Positions 41,091-49,778 of a stretch of DNA of 63,268 bases are shown piece by piece. Origin of the DNA: an uncultured Gammaproteobacteria bacterium (lineage in GTDB: Bacteria > Patescibacteriota > Patescibacteriia > Patescibacteriales > UBA12465); contig CAYOKE010000001.1 in assembly GCA_964404515.1 (NCBI GenBank), forward strand, positions 1-63,268, in the 5' to 3' direction. Both the position numbers and the translations under genes were made by a program. Every line of letters begins with the position of its first letter. Within the stretch, counting starts at the first letter, position 1. Under the pieces are notes generated by a model. The model saw nothing but the letters and a program-made list of their open reading frames with translations. It did no database searches and had not been told where the DNA came from.

Positions 41091-43760
41091 TTATTTGCAA
41101 TTACCATCCGCCCCTAAAGTGCTGGTAGCTGTGCCAAAACAGCAGGACGGATTATCGGCTGTCGCCGCGCAATTAGGCGCTACGCTCGGCTTATAGCAAT
41201 TCTGATAGATATCCTTGACCCCAGAACCAACCTGGGCCTTATAGGTGACAGATTGGGAAAAATTACTATGAAATATCCGGGTAATCGTCGTATCTGGTTC
41301 GCCATCCAGGGGAGACGAATCTAGGTTCTCACTCAGGATCCAATATCCTAATGGCGACGGGGAAGCGCTGCGCAAGTTGACTAGCTTATGCTCGAAAGTG
41401 CTGGTTCCGCTCTGGACCAAGGTACTGCCAGTCCTAAGGGTACTATTCATCATCAAGGCGTTGAAATTAATCTGAACCTCATCCGCCAAAGCAACTTCTG
41501 TCTGACCCTGGGAAATATTGACAAAGGTGATTTGCGGCGGATCGATAGCAATCTTATCATTTATATAGAAAGACCATTTATACTTATCTTTCTTATCTAT
41601 ATTCTGTGTCGGCGGCAGGTTATCGTTATAGAAATCTATCGGCCCGTCGGCGTAGATATCTCGATCACCATCCAGAGAGTTAATAGCGGCATCGACGATA
41701 CCGTCCAAGTTGGTCAGGTTAGCCGTCGGGTAATTCTTATTCTGCTCGTTCTGGCAAGTCTTATGCTCCAAAGGCGAAGAAGAGCAGGTCCGGAAAGGAT
41801 TATAAGAAATACAGTCGTTATCAGTATCACAGGTTTTTAAATCCGCTGCCACCAGTTCGACTGACAAATGGCTATTAGCCGGCAAGCAGTAAATTTTTTC
41901 ACCGCAGCCGTTCATGCCGCATTCCTGGTCAGAAATGAATTCGACCGTCTTGTAACCGTTAGAAATCATGAACTTCCCGCCTAAGTAATTACCGACGCAA
42001 GCATTGCTCTGACATTTGTACGAACGACAATCTTCGTTTTCATTACAATAGGTGCTAGCCGGGGAGCTGGAGGCATCGGCATTAACGACCTGAATATAGC
42101 TCGCTACTTCGCTAGCTAGGCCGGAAACGGTTACCGGATTAATCGCTTCATTAAAATTAATCTGAATAACGGAATTCATCGGCCGATCCTTCCTATCCTT
42201 AACTTGACTGCTTTCCTGACGATTTACCCCACCAGAAAACGGTTTGATTGCCAAGGCTTGGTTGTTGTTAGTTGCGAGGACGATATTATTACCTGTTTCC
42301 CCAGCAACTTTAGCAGTCAAAAACACTGAGTTATTCTTGCGATCGACGTCTATCTGTTCATGGCCGCTCAATTTCGCTTCGATATTGGCCGCTTGGATGT
42401 TACTGTCGCATGCCCCAGACGGAACGGCGATATTATTGTTAGCTGAAGAAGTGGCGAAGGTATAGATCACCGACCCAATTGTTAGGGTATCAGCTAGCTG
42501 TTCTGGCTTCAGAGCGATTGTCCATAGGCTCCCAACTTGATGATCAGTTGCCTTGAAGGTGAAATAGCCGGTGAAAACAGCAACACCGTTGCTGTCAAAG
42601 TCGGCTATACCCAACAAAGCATCATTGCCATCGAATAATTGGGCCTTATCAGTCGCCGGGACAGCGACTTTGAACTTATTTATCGTTCCATAGTAGCTAA
42701 GGGTTATTTCTGGTCCGGCAGGAACGATAGAGACGACTTCAGCCGGCGAATAGGTCTGAGGACAAGAATTGACAGTAATCGTTCCCTTAGCCGCAATCGC
42801 CGATGTCACTTCTCTGTAGACATCTTTTTCGTTGTCAGGCGTCGGAAAGATCTGCCCGGCTACAGTCTGCGGCGGCGCTAAATCGAAACTAGTATTAACC
42901 AAGAATTTCCATTCTACATAGTTGTTATTGCAGGTAGCAAACATGGAAGTGCCGTCCAATTTCTTGAGCTGGTTAGTAAAACGGACGGAATACCAGGTAT
43001 TTTCAACTTGGGAACCGAGGGGATCGACCGGCGTCAGGACTAGAGTTTTGCCACCACCCGCCACGTTCACCAAAATATTGGTAATATTAGAATTAGGGTC
43101 AGGGCAACTGCCGTTCTTACAGGCGTCGCCTAGTTCTGTCTTATAAATCCTGATTGCCATAGGATTCACCTTATTGCAAGCCGTCTGGTTGCAGCCGCAG
43201 GCTTCGCCTTGATCGTCGACGCAAGCCGATTCTAAATCTATCTGCTCCTTGAAAGTTACCATTATCGAAGTGTTGCGCGGGACGTCCTTCTGGTTATCAG
43301 TCGGGTAATAGTCGTCAATCGTACAGGCGCCAATCGCCCCAGTCCCAGCATTGGTGAAACCGCCGCCGCCAAAATTTCCGCCATTACCATTAATGGCGCC
43401 GGCCAACTTGGTTAGCAAGAAAGTGACTATCGCCCAAGAACAGACGATGATAAGTAGACCGATAGCCGCATTCTTTAGGATATTTCTAGCCCGACCGATC
43501 TTTTCTTCGTCGCCACCGGAAGTCATCCACACGAATCCGGCATAAATTACTAGGATGACAGCAATCGCTCCTAATAATGACAAAACGATCTGGATAATCC
43601 GGCCGATTATGATACGCGGGTCGGTAGAGGTCAAAGAATTAGCTAGACCATTGCTGACCTCCTCTAAACCAAAATTGGCCTGGGCTAAAGCAAAATCAGC
43701 CACTCCGAACATTATCAAGAGGCTGAAAACTAGGATGATTAATTTAACTTTTTTAGACAT
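41091..43760 (-). CDS. Large (889 aa) surface protein: VirB2/TrbC-like pilin hairpin fused to Ig-like (SbsA/Big-type) domains and a Cys-containing ectodomain
   Basis: aa 1-125 are about 55% identical to the N-terminus of the 2186-aa protein (GLANSLT.TD, GRII, SGGDE(D/E)KI, SWAI). They are followed by a G-rich linker and Ig-like segments (YYPTDNQKDVPRNTSIMVTFKEQID; RPMNSVIQINFNEAINPVTV). Confidence 0.8.
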   Translation of the reverse strand: MSKKVKLIILVFSLLIMFGVADFALAQANFGLEEVSNGLANSLTSTDPRIIIGRIIQIVLSLLGAIAVILVIYAGFVWMTSGGDEEKIGRARNILKNAAIGLLIIVCSWAIVTFLLTKLAGAINGNGGNFGGGGFTNAGTGAIGACTIDDYYPTDNQKDVPRNTSIMVTFKEQIDLESACVDDQGEACGCNQTACNKVNPMAIRIYKTELGDACKNGSCPDPNSNITNILVNVAGGGKTLVLTPVDPLGSQVENTWYSVRFTNQLKKLDGTSMFATCNNNYVEWKFLVNTSFDLAPPQTVAGQIFPTPDNEKDVYREVTSAIAAKGTITVNSCPQTYSPAEVVSIVPAGPEITLSYYGTINKFKVAVPATDKAQLFDGNDALLGIADFDSNGVAVFTGYFTFKATDHQVGSLWTIALKPEQLADTLTIGSVIYTFATSSANNNIAVPSGACDSNIQAANIEAKLSGHEQIDVDRKNNSVFLTAKVAGETGNNIVLATNNNQALAIKPFSGGVNRQESSQVKDRKDRPMNSVIQINFNEAINPVTVSGLASEVASYIQVVNADASSSPASTYCNENEDCRSYKCQSNACVGNYLGGKFMISNGYKTVEFISDQECGMNGCGEKIYCLPANSHLSVELVAADLKTCDTDNDCISYNPFRTCSSSPLEHKTCQNEQNKNYPTANLTNLDGIVDAAINSLDGDRDIYADGPIDFYNDNLPPTQNIDKKDKYKWSFYINDKIAIDPPQITFVNISQGQTEVALADEVQINFNALMMNSTLRTGSTLVQSGTSTFEHKLVNLRSASPSPLGYWILSENLDSSPLDGEPDTTITRIFHSNFSQSVTYKAQVGSGVKDIYQNCYKPSVAPNCAATADNPSCCFGTATSTLGADGNCK

Positions 43761-43857
43761 TAGGGCGGAATAAAAAAGTTTTTAAATTATGCCAATTGTG
43801 CTATAATTTAGGATGATTTTATTATAACATAAAAACCGAAAAAGAAAAACGGCCCAT

Positions 43858-45318
43858 ATGACGATCGACCGGATTATAAAAAAATTCGAGGAAAACCATC
43901 CGGAAGCCAAGACGGAAATCTTGGAAAAGGCTTTTAAATTTGCCGAAGAAGCCCATGCCGGACAGGTACGGCGGAACGGCGACCCCTATATCCAGCACCC
44001 ACTGCATACTGCCTATCTACTGTCAGAAATAAAGGCCGATTTAGCGACTGTCGCCGCCGGCTTGCTGCATGATGTCCCAGAGGATACCGAAAAAAACCTT
44101 AACGACATCAAGCAGGAATTCGGACCAGAAATAGCTTCCCTGGTAAAGGGCGTGACTAAGCTGGGAAAGCTGAAATATCGCGGCATCGAACGCTACCGCG
44201 AGAACCTGAAGAAGATGTTTTTGGCCATGACTAACGATCTGCGCGTGATATTCATAAAATTTTGCGACCGTTTGCATAATCTACGCACTTTGGAGAACCT
44301 GCCGCCGGAAAAGCAAAAAAGGGTGGCCCGGGAAACCCTGGAAATCTATGCCCCGATTGCCGGCATGCTCGGCATTGCCCGCCTGAAATGGCAGATGGAG
44401 GATATCTGCTTTAAATTCCTCTACCCGGAAAAATTCCATGATCTGGAATACAAATATGAAGTCGAAAAGAAGGTAGAACGAAACCGCTTTTTCCAAAAAG
44501 TGAAGAGTATCCTTACCCCCAAGCTGGAAGCGGCCGGAGTCGATTATGACATTGAGGTCCGTTTCAAGCATCTCTACAGCATTTATTTAAAAATGCACGA
44601 AAAAGACCGCAAATTCGACGAGATTTACGACGTTTTCGCCCTGAGGATAATAGTACCGACTATTGACGATTGCTATAAGGTGTTAGGTATCATCCATACT
44701 CTCTGGAGGCCAAAGCCGAACCGCTTCAAGGATTATATTGCTGTCCCTAAACCCAACGGCTACCGTTCTCTGCACACTACTATCTTCGGGCCGGAAGGCA
44801 AGATGACCGAATTCCAGATCCGGACCAAAGAGATGCACGAGGAATCAATCTACGGTCTGGCCGCCCACTGGTATTACAAATCCCAACGAGGGACTAATTA
44901 CCAGACACCCTCCTGGGTCAAAGAGATAATTAATATCCAAAAGGAGATAACCAACACGACGGAATTCGTTAAGAATATCAAGCTAGATATTTTCCGCGAT
45001 CGGATTTTCGTCTTCTCTCCCCGCGGCGATGTCTTTGAGCTGCCAGAAAAAGCAACGCCAATCGATTTCGCCTATGCCGTCCATAGCAGTGTCGGCAACA
45101 AAGCGGCTGGCGTCTTAGTCAATGACAAGCACGGCCGCTTAGACCAGGAGCTCAAAAATGGCGACCTAGTAGAAATTATAATCGAGAAGAACCGCCAATA
45201 CCCCAGCAAAGACTGGCTAAAATTCGTCAAAACAAAAAAGGCGCGTGACCGAATCCGGCAATATGCCAGGAAATCCGCGCTGGAAAATATCAAACGGCTC
45301 ATACCGGGAATGAAATGA
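43858..45318 (+). CDS. rel: Short RelA/SpoT homolog (HD hydrolase + (p)ppGpp synthetase + TGS domains)
   Basis: 486 aa. HD motif HPLHTAYLL...LHDVPEDT, synthetase motif RFKDYIAVPKPNGYRSLHTTI, TGS IFVFSPRGDVFELPEKATPIDFAYAVHSSVG. Lacks the C-terminal ZFD/ACT region of long RSHs. Ends with TGA. Confidence 0.85.
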   Translation: MTIDRIIKKFEENHPEAKTEILEKAFKFAEEAHAGQVRRNGDPYIQHPLHTAYLLSEIKADLATVAAGLLHDVPEDTEKNLNDIKQEFGPEIASLVKGVTKLGKLKYRGIERYRENLKKMFLAMTNDLRVIFIKFCDRLHNLRTLENLPPEKQKRVARETLEIYAPIAGMLGIARLKWQMEDICFKFLYPEKFHDLEYKYEVEKKVERNRFFQKVKSILTPKLEAAGVDYDIEVRFKHLYSIYLKMHEKDRKFDEIYDVFALRIIVPTIDDCYKVLGIIHTLWRPKPNRFKDYIAVPKPNGYRSLHTTIFGPEGKMTEFQIRTKEMHEESIYGLAAHWYYKSQRGTNYQTPSWVKEIINIQKEITNTTEFVKNIKLDIFRDRIFVFSPRGDVFELPEKATPIDFAYAVHSSVGNKAAGVLVNDKHGRLDQELKNGDLVEIIIEKNRQYPSKDWLKFVKTKKARDRIRQYARKSALENIKRLIPGMK

Positions 45319-45333
45319 TCAGGTTATTCACAT

Positions 45334-45371
45334 AAAAATACTCTCTCCGATTTTTCGGAGAGAGTATTTTT
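45334..45371. terminator. Bidirectional rho-independent terminator between the convergent rel and rpsU
   Basis: AAAAATACTCTCTCCGA-ttt-TCGGAGAGAGTATTTTT: a perfect ~15-bp stem flanked by A and T runs. Confidence 0.8.
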
Positions 45372-45389
45372 ATCTGTGGACTTAAGATT

Positions 45390-45620
45390 TTACGGCCGCA
45401 TATTGCTTTCCGGCAATTTGCCGATTCGGCGCAGGTATTCGTTCTTCTTGCGTAATGCCAAGCTGGTCAAAGCATATTTTTTCTGGAGCCGCTTGGTTTT
45501 TTTAGGTTCCAGATGTTGCTTAGACCGGGCTTTATCAAGACGCTTGCTGTTTTTCAGACCCTTCTTGAACTTCCGTAAGAAGCTTTCGAAGCTCTCACCG
45601 GGCCTTCTTTTAAAATCCGC
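45390..45620 (-). CDS. rpsU: 30S ribosomal protein S21
   Basis: Basic ~76-aa protein: MADFKRRPGESFESFLRKFKKGLKNSKRLDKARSKQHLEPKKTKR... matches the S21 pattern. The start at Met5 of the ORF-track ORF is preferred. Confidence 0.75.
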   Translation of the reverse strand, partial: ADFKRRPGESFESFLRKFKKGLKNSKRLDKARSKQHLEPKKTKRLQKKYALTSLALRKKNEYLRRIGKLPESNMRP

Positions 45621-46995
45621 CATACAATCCACCTTCCTTTCTATTATTAACTCTTTTCTCTATTAGCTTATCTTTCCTAGCCAGACGATCCTTAATCTTC
45701 TTATAAACTACAGTTTCTTGGGCACCGGAATCCATATCGCGCATCAGGATTGTGCCGTCCATAATCTCTTTTTTCCCTAATATTAAGCTAGTTTTAACCT
45801 TCATAGCTACTGCCTCTTCCAACTGCGTCTTCAAGCTGTCGCAAGAGAAGGATTGCCGGACATTAAAGCCAGCTCGGCGCAGGTCTTCAAATAACTGTAA
45901 AGCTCGCAATTTGGCCTGTTCTCCTAATTGGGCAATGAATACTATATCCTCTTCTTGGGGTTTTGCCAAGAGGTGCTTATCCTTAAGCCTGGCCATCGCC
46001 CTTTCGATGCCCATCGCTAGGCCAATGGCCGGAGTCGGCTGGCCACCAAAATTTTCAACCAATTTATCATATCTTCCGCCTCCGCCGAGAGCCATCTTAC
46101 CGATAACCGAGCCGTCATCATTGACCGGCCAAAATTCGAAAACCGTATCATTATAATAACTAAGGCCGCGGACTAAATACGGATTAAAGTTATAATTGAT
46201 ATCCAGCTCATCCAGAAACTCCAAGACTTTAGCGAAATATTCCCGGCTTTCATCAGAAAGATAGTCAGCAATCTGCGGCGCTTCCTCGCGCAGCTTAACG
46301 CAGCCCTCCTCCTTACAATCCAGGAGACTCAGGCAGTTCTTCCCCAGGTTCTTCTTGCAATGATGGCAAAGCTTAGAACGCCGGCCGCGCTCGCGATAGA
46401 AAGCGAGCAACTTATTGCAATATTCCCGACGGCAATCGGCATCGCCCAAGCTATTAATCTGTACCTGTGACTTGATTTGGAGCTCTTCTAAGAAATTATG
46501 GGCGATCGTGATAAGGAGAGCTTCAGCCATCGGCTTCTTCTCGCCGATGATTTCCAAATTAAACTGGGTCGATTCGCGATAACGGCCGGTCTGCAGCTTC
46601 TCTCGGCGGAAAATCGGGCCTAAAGAAAAAAGGCGCGCCGGTTTCATAGTTTCCCCTAAATTATTTTCCAAATAAGCCCGGATAATGCCCTGGGTAATTT
46701 CTGGGCGGAGCGTTATCTTCTCGCTCTTATCGCCTTCGACGAAATAGAATTCCTTATCGAAATTGCGACGGGTCGATTTTTTATAGAGATCGAAGCTTTC
46801 CAGAGTCGGAGTCTTTACCGCCGTAAAACTGTAGAGCTTGGCTAATTCCAAGGCTTTGGTCACAGCCAAGTCATAGGCCAGGTATTCCGAACCGACCATA
46901 TCCTTCATGCCGATAAGGCGCGGCAGCGCTGCCTGGCTGCGATATTCCGGTTTTTTAGGCGCCGTCTCTGATATTACCTTTTTACGTCGAGGCAT
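45610..46995 (-). CDS. hisS: Histidine--tRNA ligase
   Basis: 461 aa. Class II motifs (FRREKLQTGRYRESTQFNLEIIG; GGGGRYDKLV) and a C-terminal anticodon-binding domain. Confidence 0.9.
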   Translation of the reverse strand: MPRRKKVISETAPKKPEYRSQAALPRLIGMKDMVGSEYLAYDLAVTKALELAKLYSFTAVKTPTLESFDLYKKSTRRNFDKEFYFVEGDKSEKITLRPEITQGIIRAYLENNLGETMKPARLFSLGPIFRREKLQTGRYRESTQFNLEIIGEKKPMAEALLITIAHNFLEELQIKSQVQINSLGDADCRREYCNKLLAFYRERGRRSKLCHHCKKNLGKNCLSLLDCKEEGCVKLREEAPQIADYLSDESREYFAKVLEFLDELDINYNFNPYLVRGLSYYNDTVFEFWPVNDDGSVIGKMALGGGGRYDKLVENFGGQPTPAIGLAMGIERAMARLKDKHLLAKPQEEDIVFIAQLGEQAKLRALQLFEDLRRAGFNVRQSFSCDSLKTQLEEAVAMKVKTSLILGKKEIMDGTILMRDMDSGAQETVVYKKIKDRLARKDKLIEKRVNNRKEGGLYGGF

Positions 46996-47013
46996 AAGTA
47001 AAAGATTGATTGC

Positions 47014-47586
47014 TTAATTAGTTTTATATTGCGGCCAATAATTGCCGTCGAAATAAGTTATCTCGTCGAGCGGCCAGCCGCGGAATAGTATTTTACCGAT
47101 GATGAAACTTTTGTTAACTGGGCCAAAGAAACGCGAATCGCGCGAATTGCTCCGATTATCCCCCAAGACGTAATATTCATCTGGCCCCACAACCATCCGC
47201 TGGTCGCTCGGGCTTTCGGTCTTCAGACTAGAGGGCAGATAATCTTCTTCAAGCACGAATCCATCCGGCTGTTCAGCATTGAAAATTGTGACTTCGCCAT
47301 CTTTAACCTGCACCTCTTCGCCCGGCAAGCCGATTACCCGCTTGATGAAATATTCCTGTGGATTGCGCGGGTAGCGGAAGACGACGACTTGACCGCGCTG
47401 CGGCGCGTTAAAGCGGTACGAGATCTCGTCGATGATCAGATACTCCCTGTTATGGAAATTCGGCTCCATAGAAGCCCCCTGGACATAGAATGGCTGGATC
47501 AGATAATAGCGGACCGGAATTATGATTGCCGCCGAGATGGCTAATACTTTTACTATTTCCCAAACAAAAAGGAGAAACTTGCGCAT
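47014..47586 (-). CDS. lepB: Signal peptidase I
   Basis: 190 aa. N-terminal TM, catalytic Ser box GASMEP, Lys box IKRVIGLPGE, box E VLGDNRSNSRDSR. Confidence 0.9.
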   Translation of the reverse strand: MRKFLLFVWEIVKVLAISAAIIIPVRYYLIQPFYVQGASMEPNFHNREYLIIDEISYRFNAPQRGQVVVFRYPRNPQEYFIKRVIGLPGEEVQVKDGEVTIFNAEQPDGFVLEEDYLPSSLKTESPSDQRMVVGPDEYYVLGDNRSNSRDSRFFGPVNKSFIIGKILFRGWPLDEITYFDGNYWPQYKTN

Positions 47587-47667
47587 ATTAGATAAAAATT
47601 GAGATTAATTAGCTATTACTATATCAGGAAATAAGAAAAAAATCAAATATTATTTTTCAGCTTATAT

Positions 47668-48714
47668 CTAGTGAATAAACATGGCGTCGCCATAGCTGAA
47701 AAAGCGATATTCCTGCCTTATCGCCTCCTTATACGTTCGAGCGATGGCTTTCTTGCCGGCCAAGGCGCTCACTAGCATCAGGAGGGTCGATTCAGGCAGA
47801 TGAAAATTAGTTACGAGAGCGTCTACGACCTTAAACCTATAACCAGGATAGATGAAAATATCCGTCCAAAAAGATTGGCTCTTTACGCTAATCGTCCCTG
47901 GGTTAGACCAGTCCAATGACTCTAACGTCCGGCAACTAGTCGTACCGACAGCGATAACCCGGCTACCGGTTCGCTTGGCTTTCAGGATTTCCCTAATGAC
48001 CGTTGCGCTGACAGATGCTAATTCGCTATGCATCTTATGGTTCCGGATATCTTCTGTCTTGACCGGTGCGAAAGTCCCTAAGCCGACATGGAGAGTAACA
48101 TATCTTATGCTTACGCCTTTCAATTTTATTTTCTTCAATAAATTATTAGTGAAATGCAGGCCGGCTGTCGGGGCGGCCACCGAACCGACACGGTGCGGAT
48201 CAGCAAAGACTGTCTGATAGTTATCCTTATCGCTACCCACTTTCTTCTTCCGTTTTATATACGGCGGTAGAGGCACCTGCCCGATACGATCTACGATCTG
48301 CCAAAAACGCTGGCCGGAAAGGTTGAAACGGATACGCCAGGTTCCATCCTGATTATTCTCGACTAACACTGCCGACAAAGATCTAGGGAAGTCGATTTTC
48401 ATTCCCGGTTTGGCTCGGCCTTTCACCAAACATTCCCATTCTCCGCGGCCAAGATGACGATGTAGAAAAATTTCCCGCTCACCACCGCTATCTGATCGCC
48501 GACCGATGAGGCGAGCCGGAAAAACCTTAGAGTTATTAAGTATCAAGAGGTCCCCTGACTTCAGGTAATCCAACAGTTCATAGAAATGGCGATGTTCCAT
48601 CTTCCCCGTCTTCCGATCAAGCAATAAAAGCCGCGAGTGGTCTCGCGGTCGGAGTGGCTTTTGAGCGATCAGCTCCGGGGGGAGATGATAGAAGAAATCC
48701 TTGGTCTTATACAT
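47668..48714 (-). CDS. queA: S-adenosylmethionine:tRNA ribosyltransferase-isomerase
   Basis: 348 aa. N-terminus DFFYHLPPELIAQKPLRPRDHSRLL and C-terminus RFFSYGDAMFI are characteristic of QueA. Confidence 0.9.
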   Translation of the reverse strand: MYKTKDFFYHLPPELIAQKPLRPRDHSRLLLLDRKTGKMEHRHFYELLDYLKSGDLLILNNSKVFPARLIGRRSDSGGEREIFLHRHLGRGEWECLVKGRAKPGMKIDFPRSLSAVLVENNQDGTWRIRFNLSGQRFWQIVDRIGQVPLPPYIKRKKKVGSDKDNYQTVFADPHRVGSVAAPTAGLHFTNNLLKKIKLKGVSIRYVTLHVGLGTFAPVKTEDIRNHKMHSELASVSATVIREILKAKRTGSRVIAVGTTSCRTLESLDWSNPGTISVKSQSFWTDIFIYPGYRFKVVDALVTNFHLPESTLLMLVSALAGKKAIARTYKEAIRQEYRFFSYGDAMFIH

Positions 48715-48717
48715 AAA

Positions 48718-49737
48718 TCAAACCAGTTTCCCCGTCCCTGGCATCTTCAAGCCGAGATGTTCATAGCCCAAAGTGGTTACGATGCGTCCGCGCGGCGAAC
48801 GATCCAAGAAGCCGAGCTGCATCAAATACGGCTCATACAGATTCTCAATCGTATCAATCTCTTCGCCGGAAGCAGCCGCTAGAGTATTGAGACCGACGGG
48901 CCCGCCTTTGAACTTGTGGATAATAGTTTCCAGTATCCGCCGGTCGACTAGATCCAAACCAAGAGCGTCTATTTCCAGCATGCCGAAAGCTTCTAGACAA
49001 TCTTTCTCGCTTATTCGCCCGTCACCCTTCACTTCGCAATAATCACGCACCCGCTTCAAGAGGCGATTGGCGATACGGGGCGTACGCCGGCTACGAGAAG
49101 CGATAGCTTCCTTAGCTTCAGGCTCGATCTCTACTCCCAAGATCTTCGCACTGCGGGCGACGATTTTCTCCAAATCAGCGGTCTCATAGAAATTCAGGTG
49201 GTGAGTGATACCGAACCGATCGCGGAGCGGGGCGGACAAGAGACTAGCCAGGGTCGTCGCCCCGATGATGGTGAATTTCGGCAAATCAAGACGTAGGGTC
49301 CTGGCGCTCGGGCCCTTGCCCATGACGATATCCAAAGCATAATCCTCCATCGCCGGGTAAAGGATTTCTTCCACGGATTTATTCAGACGATGGATCTCGT
49401 CGATGAATAGGATGTCTCCGGCTTCCAGATTAGTCAAGATGGCTGCTAGGTCGCCGCTTTTCTCGATTGCTGGCCCGGAAGTGACGCGGATATTAGCTCC
49501 AGTCTCATTGGCGATGACATGGGCCAGCGTCGTCTTGCCTAAGCCAGGCGCGCCATAGAGCAGGATATGGTCTATTGGCTCGCCGCGCTTCTTGGCAGCC
49601 GCGATGGTAATTTCTAGGTTAGCTTTAATTTTCTCTTGACCGATATATTCCTTGAGCGTCTTGGGGCGCAATGACAAATCAAAGGCTTCATCGCCTTTCC
49701 TTTCTATCGGACTGATTAGACGGTCTTCGTTAGACAT
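48718..49737 (-). CDS. ruvB: Holliday junction branch migration helicase RuvB
   Basis: 339 aa. [12 protein letters not shown], Walker [10 protein letters not shown], Walker B LFIDEIHR. Confidence 0.95.
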   Translation of the reverse strand: MSNEDRLISPIERKGDEAFDLSLRPKTLKEYIGQEKIKANLEITIAAAKKRGEPIDHILLYGAPGLGKTTLAHVIANETGANIRVTSGPAIEKSGDLAAILTNLEAGDILFIDEIHRLNKSVEEILYPAMEDYALDIVMGKGPSARTLRLDLPKFTIIGATTLASLLSAPLRDRFGITHHLNFYETADLEKIVARSAKILGVEIEPEAKEAIASRSRRTPRIANRLLKRVRDYCEVKGDGRISEKDCLEAFGMLEIDALGLDLVDRRILETIIHKFKGGPVGLNTLAAASGEEIDTIENLYEPYLMQLGFLDRSPRGRIVTTLGYEHLGLKMPGTGKLV

Positions 49738-49778
49738 ATACTATATTATATAATGAATGGCGGAAAATATGAACCACC

